This document shows positions 26,416-39,487 of a DNA stretch of 64,000 nt, piece by piece. A model generated the notes under the pieces. The model ran no database searches. It was given only the letters and a program-made list of their open reading frames with translations, and was not told the origin of the DNA. A program made the translations under genes and the position numbers. The DNA lies in the NCBI GenBank assembly GCA_004022145.1, contig RCNU01000001.1; one strand, 5' to 3'. The stretch comes from Paecilomyces variotii. Taxonomy: Eukaryota. Each line of letters starts with the position of its first letter. The first letter of the stretch is position 1.

Positions 26416-27231
26416 ATGACTGCCAATCCTCCATCGAGCCCTGAGGACCGTCGTTCTGGCGAAGAGCCGGAGGTGGCGAGCGCCAAGTCCTCACCACAGC
26501 CCTCGTCCGAGCGAGGTGAAGAGAAGGAAAAGGAGTCAAGTGGATCAGAAGAAAAAGATACACCTGGAGAGACGAGACAGGAGAATATCGAGGAAGGAGA
26601 AGCTTCTGCGCCACCATTGCCAGACGAAGAGATCCCGCCGCTTCCCAACGAGGCGCCCCCAGGCGAAGTTGAGGACGATGGATGGGAGCCTGTCTGGGAT
26701 GCCAACGCAGGCGCCTATTACTTTTACAACCGCTTCACTGGGCTCTCCCAGTGGGAGAATCCTCGTGTGCCTGCTGCATCATCAGGACCACCGGGCGTGG
26801 ACGCTCCCGCCACCACAGCCCCGACCGTGAGACCTCCCACGACAGGCGGCTATAATCCCGCAATCCATGGCGATTATGATCCTACAGCCCCTTATGCACA
26901 GCAGTACGAGGCAGCTGAGGCGGATACGTCTGCCACGGGGGCTCCTGGCACGGACCCCAGCGCCATGTACGCCGCTACCGGGGCGTTCAATCGGTTTACT
27001 GGCAGATGGCAGGCGGCAGATCTCAATCCCGAGCGATACAATGAAGAGAATAAATCACGTCGACAGATGCATGCCTTCTTCGACGTCGATGCTGCCGCAA
27101 ATAGCCATGACGGGCGGAGTCTCAAGGCGGAGCGTAGCGCGAAGAAATTGTCCAAAAAGGAATTGAAGGAATTCAAGCAAAAACGAAGGGAAAGAAAAGA
27201 AGAAAAACGGAGGGCATGGTTGCGGGATTGA
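26416..27231 (+). CDS. WW-domain protein with Lys/Arg-rich C-terminus (probably nuclear)
   Basis: WW domain GWEPVWDANAGAYYFYNRFTGLSQWENP. Conserved-looking GYNPAIHGDYDP and FNRFTGRWQ blocks and a basic tail. Probable 5' intron at 26302-26414. Confidence 0.88.
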   Translation: MTANPPSSPEDRRSGEEPEVASAKSSPQPSSERGEEKEKESSGSEEKDTPGETRQENIEEGEASAPPLPDEEIPPLPNEAPPGEVEDDGWEPVWDANAGAYYFYNRFTGLSQWENPRVPAASSGPPGVDAPATTAPTVRPPTTGGYNPAIHGDYDPTAPYAQQYEAAEADTSATGAPGTDPSAMYAATGAFNRFTGRWQAADLNPERYNEENKSRRQMHAFFDVDAAANSHDGRSLKAERSAKKLSKKELKEFKQKRRERKEEKRRAWLRD

Positions 27232-27790
27232 TGACCGCTCCTTGCTGTGTTTGAATGTTCTGGGTCAGTCTTGGTTCAAATGGACTCGGTGCGGTCCTTT
27301 CATCTCTTCCTTATGCCTCGAGCAGATGGGTGTTGAGGCGTTTTGTCGGTATATCCATGCATATTCAAGGAGCTTAGCCGTTGCTAACTTGGGTCATTGT
27401 AGCATCATAGCGTTGGGTGAGTGGGATGTTTGCCAATGCACTTTCTTTCCGTATTACTGGATAGCAACCACGCAGTGTAGCATATTTTCAAGTTACATTA
27501 CCACATAAAAAGAATGACAAGACCATAAACATACCATGACTATCTACAAGATCGGCAATCCTAAGTAATCTGTCGACTCAACTCCCCTCCCCTCCCCTCA
27601 AAGCGAAGCAAAAACAGCATTAATTATTACATACTCGTATCTCGCATCGGGATCCCCACTCATTTCTTCCGGCCTCATGTCACGTGAACCGTATTTCACG
27701 GGTCGCCGACCAAAAAAAGATTCCCTGAACGCTCATATACCAGAACCTTGCAGGCGAAATTTACAGATCTCTCCGCATTGCATTATCCAG

Positions 27791-28358
27791 GTAAGCAGAA
27801 TATATTTCTATCTCTCAGTTATTCAGTTTGTGCTTCACAAGTCGTGTCTTTTACCGTGTGGAGGAAGTTGCCTTCTTTTAGTGGCGTCTGGAAGAGAAAA
27901 AAAAAAAAAAAAAAAAAAAATTATTGATTAAACCACCCCTCTCTACCCACTATCGATAAGGGATTGATCGTGGGGTCAGTGGGAGTTGAGAAAATGCAAT
28001 GAACCAGCGTCTTTTATGCTTCGGCTTTGTGTGTTCTGATTTTGAATATTTAATGGAACGTATTATTTGTTTGTGGAATTTTTATATTTTATTTCCTTGC
28101 GTTTTCTCTTGTCTCCTTTATTGGTGAAGCAATAGCTATTTTGAGCAACTTGATGTTCGGAGATGCCTGTCGATGACTTGATAATATGAAGCATGCTTGT
28201 GGATTATTTTCCTTGTTTTTCTTCAGATGAATATTGTCAGTGATGTTTTTTTAACCCTTTTGTTTTGATTGTTGATACATGGACACTTATGTTGCCTATT
28301 GAAAAAAAAGAAACCAACGCAACCACGTCGAAAAGACCAGTGCTAATCTCTTCTCCAG
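27791..28358 (+). other. Long (568-nt) 5'-UTR intron of YAR1
   Basis: CAG|GTAAGC donor at 27791; GCTAAT branch and TCTCTTCTCCAG acceptor ending at 28358. T-rich interior with an A tract at ~27897-27920. Confidence 0.65.
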
Positions 28359-28501
28359 AACTCCCTTTCTTTCTTTCTTTATCTTCTTTGATACCCCCGC
28401 CACCATCCTCATTAAGAGCTATTATCCCGGAATCTCAAAATTAGAACCTCAACCTCAGGAAAGGAAAAGACTTACTGCAGAAAAAAAGAGGCAACGCAAC
28501 C

Positions 28502-29340
28502 ATGCCAATGAGCCAGCACAAAGCGCCTATCGCACTCTCATTCGAGGCGATCGACGACCTCATCTATGATGCTCGGTCTGGCGATCTCGATGCTCTGAAG
28601 ACCGATATCGAGAACCTTAGTAAGGAGCACGGCTGTTCGGCCGCAGTGATCATCGAGTCTGCTGTCGATACGGAAGATGAAAGCGAGGGAGGTACGGGGG
28701 CGTGTCTTTTGCATTGGCCGGCTGCGAATGGGAATGTTGGTATGTATTCCCATTTTGCTTATTATCATTGTTATTCTTCTGCTTCTTCTTCTTCTTCTTG
28801 TTGTATAATCTCTGGGTCTTTCATGGGACTTCCCTCGCGGACCCTTTCCCGTGTTTCTGAAGCAGCTTGAACAGGGCTAATAATCGTCTAGAAATCCTCT
28901 CATATCTCCTCACCACCCTCTCATCAGCATCATCTCCCTCGTCGATAATCAACCACCGCAATCACTCCGGAAACACGCCTCTGCATTGGGCTGCGTTGAA
29001 CACGCATCTTGACTGCGTCAAGGCCCTCGTTGAGGCTGGTGCTGATATCGACATTAAGAATGATGCAGGCCATGATGCCGTCTTCCTTGCTGAGCGGACG
29101 GCTTGGTCGACGGAGGAGAAGGAGGGAGAGGAGGAGAAAGATCAAGAAGCAGAGGCTCAAGCTGAGGTAGGAGAAGGCAAGGAGGTGGGAACGGGTAAGA
29201 TTCCCAAGGGCCAGGAGGTCGTAGAGTGGTTATTGGGATGTGAGAAGGGAGCTGGGTTGGAGAGTGGAGTCGGTGCCGAGGGAGAAGGGGATGGAAGTAA
29301 GGGAGAAGATATGGAAGGTGTTGAGAAGACGAACGCATAA
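28502..29340 (+). CDS. YAR1: Ankyrin-repeat protein Yar1 (Rps3 chaperone, 40S biogenesis)
   Basis: Exons 28502-28739 and 28892-29340. IDDLIYDARSGDL N-terminus, ankyrin motifs LLHWPAANGN and GNTPLHWAALN, acidic C-terminus. Confidence 0.85.
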
Positions 29341-29591
29341 ATACGAGCATGAAAAGAAGAGGATATCCGTCTTTATATGCTTGTGTATGTCGGGGTTTTT
29401 GGCGTACTTGACTTTCCTAAGAAAAGAGGCTCGTTATCTTTGGTATTTTATAATTTTTGAAGCATCGATGTACTCGGTTGATAGATATATTTGATCGAAT
29501 ATATTTGTTGAAATAGCTGACGATAATTGCACATGGTATAAAATTTGTGTATGTGAGAAAAGATCATCGGTAGTGGATATAACCCTTCTCC

Positions 29592-31376
29592 CTAATCGCG
29601 TCTGACTTTGTTCCTATCTCCAGAACTTCGACTCTGACTCGTCACCTTACTATTCAGCGCTGGGGGAATGTCGTCATAAGAACTGTCCATGGACACAGGT
29701 CCGCCATTTCCACAGACCTGGCCTATCTCTCTGACCTTCATGTCGAGACCGACTCTAAACACCCTATCTCTCCACACGACAGTGACACCGCCGTAAAAAG
29801 CCCATATCCAGATCGGTAGTGCCAGACCCTCGCGTCCGATCCATGCAGCTAGCCAATGCAAGAACGGTCTTCTTGCGGCAGCGCCCTTAGCTCTGGGCCT
29901 GACAAAAGAAGGAGTGTTCTCGTCTAGCTCGACTGTTTGTGCGGAATGCAATTTCAGATACTGCGTCCAGTCGACTGCGGCCCACAGGACGATGCTAAGG
30001 AACCACAAAGCGAAAAAAGCGGTCCAGCTGGTCAGGTGCGAACAGAACTCATACCCATTGCGCTGACAGTATGGTGCCAGGGAGGTGGTGATACCGAAAG
30101 CACCGTAGACAGAGCACAGCAGAGATTCCGTCCCGGGTTCAACGAGGGTGGCTAGAAGAACAGTAAACTTCCGTACACGTAGCCATCGTACCCGACGTGC
30201 AATGTAGGCTTTGACACTCATATTCGCGACAGGTTGGAAGGCGAAATCCCCGAAAACTATGCCATGCTTCCCCCAGCGCTCGCCTGCTTCCTTCTCTTCT
30301 CGGATCTTGTTCTTCCAGAGTAGATCTCCGATGAGATGGTCCTCGCAGATATTATCAGAAAAGTAATCTATGCCGGGATTCCGTCGGTGAGGATCGGTCG
30401 GCGAAGGCGCCGTGAGATAGTCGAGATGCGAGCGGCGGAACATGTTTGATTTGCCCACAATGCATGGCGCGATGAGGACGGTGTTGATGGCGGTATACAT
30501 TTTCGCATGCGATGATGACATGAACAGCTCTTCCAGTCGACCACCAGCTGTTCGAAGTAGAGTCGAGACGTCCGATGGTTCCGCTGCATTACCCTTGTTT
30601 TGAGGATGGAGTAGCGACTGACGCTCCGGTCCCAGCCCATTGTCTTCATCCACATCCACCACAATGGGAACGTGGTGCACGAACTTATATCTGTAGCCCT
30701 TGCTGGAACCAAAGCCGCAAAGTCTGTCCACCATTCGGCCACAGACACCCTTTCCAACCCAAACGTTGCAATCTATAATCCACACAATGTCTCCCTTTGC
30801 CTCCCGATAAGCACGGCTCATGTTCCTAATCTTGGGATTAGGACCCAAGTCGTAGGAATCGGAGCTGTCGCCATGCAGCAATGGGTCTTCCTCCTCCACA
30901 TACAGACGGGCGTCCGCATGTGGAAAATCCGCGAGCACATTCTCGATAATTGACACGGCGGGATCTGCACGAGTTTCCACGCAGAAGTATATGGTCAACT
31001 TGTCGCTGGGGTAGTCTTGTCGGAAGGTCGATGCCAGACATTCGTAGAGATGCGGTTCGAGACCCTTGATAGGACGGATGACGGTTATATGAGGAGCCTC
31101 AGGGGAAGCGGAGGAGATTGATTTGTTGGGTCTGCGAGAGTAGTGTCTCCATCTGATATCAAGAGTGTCCCCGACTCAGCAACTGAACTCCCACTTGAAC
31201 GCCATCCCAGGGCATAACAGAAACCGCACTTACATCTGCAGATATCCCAAAGTACATACCGCCACAACCACAACATACCATATCAAACCAACCCAACCCA
31301 GCGCGACAAGCCATGAAGGTGCGTCATGGCCGCTACCGACATTGCGGGAGGTCGGGTCGGGCCTGACTTCTAGCAT
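29592..31376 (-). CDS. GCS1: Ceramide glucosyltransferase (glucosylceramide synthase, GT21)
   Basis: Exons 31376-31234 and 31152-29592. N-terminal TM segment. Motifs [42 protein letters not shown] and [10 protein letters not shown]. Confidence 0.93.
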
Positions 31377-32490
31377 GGGCAAACACGGTTATAGGCGGGC
31401 AGACTGGACAGGGCGATCACACTCGGCGAAAGGTACATTCTAAGAATGAATGAAAAAGAGAGGCGAAAAAGAAATAAACAATTAGCCTCCGTACGATCAG
31501 CACTTGCGTTCCACACGTCCAGGCCGGATGGGGCGGAGCTGTCGTGTTCTTTTGTTGTGGTCAGTGTCTACCAGAAGGTGGACTTTGCTTCTGCTGAGAC
31601 ATTGACCGGTTCCCGGCCGCGCCGGGCTTCAAGGTGGAGCGCGAACCTCACCTCTGCCGTCGGACGCGATCGTACCTGACGGAAATCTCGGTTCGTGGTG
31701 TTTTGTGATGGATATGGCGCCCACTCGTGGGAAGTTGACTGGGGGGAATTTGGCTGGGTTGTCAGTGATCTGGTGCTGGTGCCATTTGTAGAAAGAAACC
31801 CACGGAAAGCCTAGCTGGGGATTATCTCCCATTGATCCGGAGAATCAAGCCCTTCCTGGTCCTGATGATCATTGACATGGTCTATGTTTCACGGAGACAT
31901 GGAGCATCGAGGTTCACGACGCATGTGTGCGACTGAGATTGTTTTATGAGTTATGAGCAGGGGCAGGAGACATGCGAATAATAGGGCAATAGGGTATAGG
32001 AGATACATCAAACAAGTAAGAGACCAACACGGCAGCCTGGCCTCTTATAAGCACTGGCAAAGAGAGAAGCAAAATCATGAAAGCTTCGTGTTGCAGTGAA
32101 CTCTAAAGCAGGCAGGCCAAATATTGTAATTGTCTCGTATCTCACGGAGCCAAAAGCCTATGGATATATGGATATAGATCAATATGGAATAGTAATACGG
32201 ATTAGCGGCTAACCGTACTGGAACCTAGAGTATGAGCCTTGATAGCACCATCTCCGATTTTAGTATAGGTAACTAGTTAACGCTTAGATTGAGGAGTTAC
32301 GCAGAAAAACAAGACAATCAAAAATCACCACCCAAATCCCGCGGATATCCTGTAAGAAGGCCAGCATGAAACTCCTGGACCTCCCAACGCCCTTCCCCTT
32401 CCAACTCCACGCTAAAGCCGGTTCGCTTTTTCTTTAAAACAACCGATAGAACTCCGAACCTCCTCGAATAGATATGGACTCGAATTTCCG

Positions 32491-34149
32491 TCATGTCTTC
32501 TTCTTTTTCCTGATGAAGTTGGCATTAAGAACATTAACGGTTCCCGATGGTTGGGAACCATCTGGCTTAGATGTTATGTCTGCAGCTTCTGGGCCAGCTG
32601 CATCACTTGCCGTTTTGGCAGCGGTGTTGTCATCCTTTGCCTCCTTCTTCCTTTTGCGGACGAGGCCGATATCCATGAGATTGGCCGTCTCAGACTGACT
32701 CGAAGAACCCTCGTTGATAGATTTCTTTCCCACCACGCGTTCACCCCAGATCAACTCGTCTGCGAGAGAGGCAACTTTGTCAACCCATGTCTTCGTACTA
32801 GCCACAGCAAGTTCTTGCGTTTCAAAGTCTTGATCAATGAGACAGTCGTTTGCAGTCTTATAATCACGGTCACTCAGGACCACATGTCCACGGCCAGCTT
32901 CAGGCCAATGGAACGCGTGTGTACCACCAGTACAATTTGAAGGCGGGATACTTTCTGATACGTTGGGTAACTGAGGGATTGCAGCTGAAAGTTTGTCCTT
33001 ATCCTCAGTACTCTCCGGTGGAACAGGATTTTCCAATGCTTCTTGTGTTGCGCCAGAAGGAGCGGATGGATTGACGATTGTTTCTGACGCCTCCCCTGTG
33101 GGAAGTGTAGTAGATAAAAGAACACCGTCGGCAGAAGTCCGTGTCTGGTGTCCAGCCATATCATCTGAATTGATGAGTCCTGGAGGGTTGACAACCAACC
33201 ATAAGAACCCAACAAGCCTTCCCGCCGAGCATTCCTGCCGGAAAGCCATCAGCTCCCAGAATTGGCTCAAGGACTTGACGCTTCGCCATTGTCCGGCAGT
33301 CTCAGAGGAATTCCCTGCATCCGTTGATGTCGGTAGCTCATCGTCCAAGTCTTCGAGAAAGCGCGCTTTGGGATCATCAGGGAATCGAGGCACGAGGCAC
33401 CTCGGAGGAGCCTCTGGATTCATGCAAATCTGATGCAATGGATACGAGTTTACCCATCTTGGCCGGTTTGGATCATCCGTCTTTGCTGTTGGCGGGAAGA
33501 AGGCCCTCGTTTCGAATTTGTCGCATCCCGGTACAATCAAATAGGCAGTAGCGGAGCTTTTGGCAGATTCGACGGTCTGGTCGAGTATAGCCTTATCCTT
33601 TGACGACGATTCCGGTTCATGTTCTCTCAGAATGGGATCGAATGCGCGACACCACCATTTGATCAGACCTCTGTCGTCGAGAATATGCTTCCCTGAATTG
33701 TCAATGCTTCCGGGAAACAAGTACTGGTTCTGCGCGCGCGCGAACAATGACAAGACCAGACGGATGCCGGGACGCTGACGGGTCTTCACCAAATACGACA
33801 AAAAAGTCGTCGAAATGGTCCTGAGCAGAGATAGTTTCGGTGGAGCTTTCAGCAGATGCAGGTACCCGGTAGAATCGGCTTTGGAGACAAAGAGGGTCGT
33901 AAGGCGATCTGTGCTATAGACCAAAACCTCCATGCCAAAGACCAGGATATCGCGGCATTCATTCTCACCAGGTTTGATAGAAATGGTTAGAAAATGACTT
34001 TCACGATATGTAACTTCAGGCTCTTCTCCTGGAGGAGCCGAAAAGATAGCGTCGCACTGGGTTGGGGTCGTCGAGACATGGCGAACGGTGATCCCCACAT
34101 CCTTCGGGAGTACCTCAGCGAGGAGATCACCCAGCTCGAGTTTTGACAT
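32491..34149 (-). CDS. RTT109: Histone H3K56 acetyltransferase Rtt109
   Basis: Intronless ORF from ATG 34149. Motifs FVSKADSTG, LFARAQNQYLFPGS, KHILDDRGLIKWW, PRFPDDPKARFL and FWELMAFRQECSAG. Confidence 0.95.
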   Translation of the reverse strand: MSKLELGDLLAEVLPKDVGITVRHVSTTPTQCDAIFSAPPGEEPEVTYRESHFLTISIKPGENECRDILVFGMEVLVYSTDRLTTLFVSKADSTGYLHLLKAPPKLSLLRTISTTFLSYLVKTRQRPGIRLVLSLFARAQNQYLFPGSIDNSGKHILDDRGLIKWWCRAFDPILREHEPESSSKDKAILDQTVESAKSSATAYLIVPGCDKFETRAFFPPTAKTDDPNRPRWVNSYPLHQICMNPEAPPRCLVPRFPDDPKARFLEDLDDELPTSTDAGNSSETAGQWRSVKSLSQFWELMAFRQECSAGRLVGFLWLVVNPPGLINSDDMAGHQTRTSADGVLLSTTLPTGEASETIVNPSAPSGATQEALENPVPPESTEDKDKLSAAIPQLPNVSESIPPSNCTGGTHAFHWPEAGRGHVVLSDRDYKTANDCLIDQDFETQELAVASTKTWVDKVASLADELIWGERVVGKKSINEGSSSQSETANLMDIGLVRKRKKEAKDDNTAAKTASDAAGPEAADITSKPDGSQPSGTVNVLNANFIRKKKKT

Positions 34150-34478
34150 TGGCACGATTCAATTATTCCCCGTTTAAGCTATGTAAGAATAGGGCACAGC
34201 GTGGGACATATGCACGCCGTCCTCAAAGCCATCAGTTGGTCTTCGGCAGACGAACGCGTCTCCTGGATAGACGCGTTCGATGGACGTTCACGGTCACGTG
34301 AAGTGATATACTTTGGCTGAACCAATATTACCCGATTCGTCGAGGAGTCTTTACAGCACAACCATGGGTTTCTATTCAGTGCAGTGCCTGGATTGGAGTC
34401 AAATATGACTCTATAAAAGCACCGGGGCCGAGTAATACCAAAAGTGTAATAATATCTTATTGTGATTGGCAGTCATTA

Positions 34479-35802
34479 CTAGAAGAATTCTGCGACAGCG
34501 TCGAGATCATCTGCGTTAAGCAACCCGACTCCTTCCTTCAGCAGCTCCCGCCAGACGGCATTTCTCAGCCTGATGGGGTAGTATGGAGTGTCCCAGTATC
34601 TGGCTCCAATGCCACGACTCTTAGCGGTAGCAATCTGTGCGCGGAGAATGCTCAATTGCTCATCCGTGAAGACGGGGTCTGTGTCTGACACGGTGCCAAA
34701 AATAGACTGGAAGTCCGCGGAGGCGATAGGTGATATTAAAGACGTAACTCCAGCGTATTCCGTCTCATTCAAGGATGCGAGAGGAGCGTCATAGAAGTAG
34801 TCGCGGTCAGCAATTGGACCGACAAGCTCCAGAGGCGTATTGCCTGTGCCAATGATGGTCACTGGAGCATTGGTCAATGTCTTGTTATCCTTCAGAGTAG
34901 TCAGATAGCCCGCATCTCGAAGCGGCTGCAGCGCCTCTATGACGGCGTTCAAGGTCTCAGGACCGGAGGTCTTGAGATCTATGAAGAAGTAGAGAGTCTG
35001 GTCAGAGACGGTGTCAAAGACGCCACTAAGAAAATCGAGTGTCAATCATCATAGCACTGGACATCAATATTATCGCAGCAATTGATCTTACTCACTTCTT
35101 CGTAGGTGATGTTACGAAACGAGTGGTTGGGTTCTGCCTTTTCAGGACATCAAGTATAGGATTGATGTACAAAGACTCGAGGGTGCGTGCCTCAGTCAGA
35201 GCAGACTGCTCGTGACCAACCTGCCATAGCTATGAGCTTCACCCGGAGTTTTACAGCCCACGAGACAGAACTGTAACGCACATAAAGAGTACCATTGTAT
35301 AGCCAGACATCTGCCTCCGTCGATGCGCAACCGTGGGACAGACCTGCGAAAACGCCCATCAGTCACTTCCTGAATTAGTTGTCACCTAACAATCTTGTCC
35401 TACCGGTGTAGAAGGGCACATCTCTCCAGTAATCGCTTGACGCCGTCAGCATCTGCTAACCAATGCACCGGGGCTTCTGTCAATTGGAGCTCGAAGGAAG
35501 GTGGCATACTTGTGCGAGTGAACCGGAATCTAAAGCCATCCCGGTAACGAATTAGCATATGTAGTCCACGTTTCTCAGAGGTAGCTTCGGATACCAGCGG
35601 AATCAAATGGGACACTCACGGGGAAAATTCCTCTTGTAAAATCCGTAGGATACCGGTACTCATCGCTTCGATGCGTATTCTTCAAGACATTCTGCAGATT
35701 CGACGAGCTCAACGTTCCCGCAACGAGCTGCGCGCTCGCCAGCAAAACCGCGGAGGTTGCGGAGAGGACGGATGACGTCGACGCGGATGGTAAGACTCTC
35801 AT
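34479..35802 (-). CDS. AIM6: Aim6-like PLC-type phosphodiesterase-fold protein with N-terminal signal/anchor
   Basis: Six exons: 35802-35620, 35529-35510, 35435-35404, 35343-35282, 35220-35096, 35025-34479. The spliced product has PVHSHNDYWRDVP, EADVW, YVGH, IDLKT, ARYWDTP and LLNADDL. Confidence 0.85.
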
Positions 35803-36418
35803 TTTGCAAAAGGCACAATTGAACGAAGGGAGAGAGAAGCCTGGAGAGCTTCTCGATTAAAGAATGAAGATGAAGAGATATAATTACTATGCGCGTGCTG
35901 GCAACGGTATGGCGAGCTCTGATAGCTGGCTGAGCGCCATGCTCTTTCGGTTGCCGTGCAGGTCCACAAGTGACGGGTCCAGCGCCAATCTTCTCCGCAC
36001 GTGGTATGACAACGCAAAGCGATCAGTCTAATACTCCTGCTCTAGTCCAAATGGAATTGCCTTCTATATAGAAGTTTATCATGTATAGATTGCATACTGT
36101 TCTATGGACACTGCTGTTTTTGGTAATATACTCGATTCAAGTGCCTCCCTGGATAACCACATGTTTCATAAAACCGACTATTTACCATGCGTTAAAGCTG
36201 TTCAAATTAAAAATGAAATACAGAAAGAACATGATGACTAAAACACCATGGCCGAGAACCTTTGGAAGACACGATCTCTTGAATAGAACGGCTCCTGCAA
36301 GGAATCATAACCCGACCTAATGAGACCACCGAACTCCCGCTGTGCTGTCAAGTCAACAGGTGGTATCCCCGAACATGAGAAGGTAGAGAAAAGAAAGAGA
36401 GAAAAAGACACCTGCTGC

Positions 36419-39400
36419 CTAGACCTCCCGCACACTAGGTGATCTGGACGTATTTTGCGTATCCTGTACGCTGTTGTTTCGTCCTCGGAGGTTTAGGTTT
36501 CCGATGCGCTGCACCAGACTGCTTCCAACAGCATCCACAGCACCCTTAGGGGCGAGCAACGTAGGTCCTTGAACTGCTGTTTCTTGTACTCTGAACAGCC
36601 TGATACCTGTGCCGTTCCACACACCAACAGTGCCAGGAGTTGAACCCGACGCAGACCCAACGACCATCTCGCTCGCGAAAATGAAGCCCCAGAGCAGGGA
36701 CTCATACCAACCCATCGAGAGTGCAGACCATTCGAAAGAATGCACACGAATAGAGGTAGGTTCTGAGAGGATGTTGTTGATCTGAGGCTCGTCGGAAAAC
36801 GAGGGCAGGTTCGAGATCAATGTACGACCCTCTGGGCTGGAAGAGGACTTCAATGCAGAATCTGGAACATGAGAGGAAATAGCGGAGATAATGGTGAGGA
36901 TGGTATGAAGGGGAAGTTCAGGCAACCATGACTCCAGCTGAGTCCGTATGTTAGCAACTTGCGACTAGTTGGAGGTGCCAGGAAAAGCTTACCCAACCTG
37001 CAGTTGGAGTAAAACCAGCCGAAGCAGATGTGATAGGGCCGGTATAACTGCTTAGACTGGTTGTACTATTCTGTCTGGAGAATGTTGCCCCGGCGGGCAT
37101 TTTCCCCCGCGCTTTTTCAGACATCCCTCGCAACTGCAATGGGACGCTGTCATCCGCAGTCGATGAAATTGATGGCGTTCGAGAATTCTGGACCGACGGA
37201 GACGACTGCGATGGGGTGTCTTGTGCCTCTGCTTCTTCATCTGAATCATCTCCGCCAATGGCAAAAGGGCCACCTTCCTCGGGAATGTGACTTAACGGTG
37301 ACCGCACGCCAGATGATGCTCGTAGATCGTCCACAGACTGAGATAGACGGGGGCTAGTGAGGCCGTCGCTAGATCCACCGTCCGCCTTTCTGCGTTGGTT
37401 CTGACGCTCAATTTCTTGTTGCCCGCTCTCAAGGGTAAAAGCTCTCACTGCTTCAAAACGCTGTCTTGACTTTAGGATTGCATATACAAGGTGAGGATTG
37501 CCTGGATGTGGTTAGCTGGTATACCAGACATGTACCGAAGTCAGCATGACTCACTCGTAAACTGGTGCTCCAGGACAGCGTTGATGAACTCCAGCAGCAA
37601 TGACAGGAGTGCATGGTTCGTCTCGTTGGCTAACAGAAAGCTGGGTGCAGACATTGAAGAAAACAGTTGTATAATCCTCGAGCATGTGGCAGGTGACAAA
37701 TGTTGTACGTAAGCGCCTATATTGTTTATTATAGCCAGCAGAGCAGGATAAACAGCGTCCAGTTTTCCTTTGCTCGTAGTCATCAAGGTGTGTACGGACT
37801 AGTTCTTTTGTTAGTCTTAGATGGCCATTTTATAACACCGCTACTTACCATGATCAGATAATCTGCATATGAACCGTTGAACGGAGTAATGCGTATAGTT
37901 TGCGGTAATGTATCCTGAGCCTCAAATTTCTTATTCAAGCTCTTTCCAAAGCTGGCTTCCACGCTCAAGGTCTGCAGGATAAAGATGCACATCTTTACCA
38001 CTCCTTGTTTCGAAGGATCTGACCTGTATTCGATGGCATAGAATATACAGAGGATGACGAAGTCATGTGCGCGGTGTGAGTCAATAATAAATGACCTGAA
38101 CCGTTTATTGCACTGTAGCGCTTCCCAGAACAGCATCAGCATCTCAGGGGCCCATTTGACAGTTCTTTGACTTCCCGGAAGGTAGGAAGTCGTGACTTGC
38201 ATCTATATAAGGTTAGCGGAGTTAGGGCAAGAACCTGAGGTAGTATCATACCGGTTGGTTTAAGATCCTTGTCATCCCATCGACTATAAACTGGAAGTCC
38301 TGAGGTCTGTGTAGCCTTCCGAAGTAATGGCGATAATAATTCTTCGGCGGGGTCCCACGGCCATCTTCAGGGATGGGATAAAGAAGGAGCACAAGCAAAA
38401 GTTGCAGACAGTATATGACCAAGATCTGCTTTGGGTCCTTCCAAACCACATGGTCATACGGGACTCTCCACGATGCCGGGTTGTACTTGATTGTCTGCAG
38501 ACAATGCCATTAGAAGATATGACGATGGGCAGGGCAAGGATAGGGACACCACATACTGTATTCAATAGAGAGCACAGCAAGGTAAGAACCACCTGCTTAT
38601 CGGGGCAAGTTGTAATGTACGTGATGGCCTTCACTCCTTGCACAGGTAGTGTAGCTAGATACATTAGCGTTGGAATAGTCCCATTTGGCGGCCAATCTTA
38701 CTGGGTGGCATATACATCGCCTTTCCGGTCAATGTAAGCAACAATCTGAGGATCTCGCATCGATTGTTTTCGAACTCCTTGCTGGAACCCATTGCACTGT
38801 TGCAACCCACTCCGCTCTGCCATATCGCATAGCTGACCTTACTTTTAGCAGCAGGTAGCCTGGGTATCGTAAAGCCAGTGTAGAACAATAAATCGACTAG
38901 GGTGTCGATTAGCTCTTCTGCCAGCGGTTTAACATCCTCGTAGCTATTCTTCACTCTTCCTGTCTGCGCTTGCTCGTTGCCGTTCTGGGCTTCATCGAAG
39001 AGTATTTCCGGGGCTACCTGCGCCTCACGGGTCTTCTTCCTGCGACGAGCCCAAAAGAAGTTCTCTTCCCAGTCCGCCAAGTGGTCCGCTTCGTAGACGA
39101 ATGGGAGAACGCGGGTGAGGACACGCACACAGTTGAGTGCATCACGGTCTGGAGCGAGCTCGGGGTCTGGAAATGAGGGATGGCTCTTCAGTACGATGAG
39201 GCGAGATGTCACTGCGAGTATCAGTGTTTCTAAATTCGACAATGCTGAATCTCGCGTTCGCCGTATGTCCGCGGGCGTGAACAAGCTGAACACATCCTCT
39301 GTTGATTCTGGGAGCTCCCAGAACTTGAGCACACATGTCAGTTAAAAAAAGACACGAGTGCACATATGATAGATAGAGGGCAATCACAAACCCTGGTCCA

Positions 39401-39487
39401 GTAAGGATCATCAGCTGGTATATCCTTCTCTTCGGACAGCCGAAAGATACCTTGTTTGAAGACAAGCTTGGACTCCGAGGCTCCCAT
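36419..39487 (-). CDS. HID1: HID-1/Ecm30 family Golgi-associated protein
   Basis: Eight exons: 39487-39392, 39323-~38702, 38654-38557, 38494-38252, 38202-37849, 37798-37555, 37501-36993, 36937-36419. MGASESKL N-terminus, LNCVRVLTRVLPF, IWQSGVG and C-terminal VWNGTGIRLF. Confidence 0.9.
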
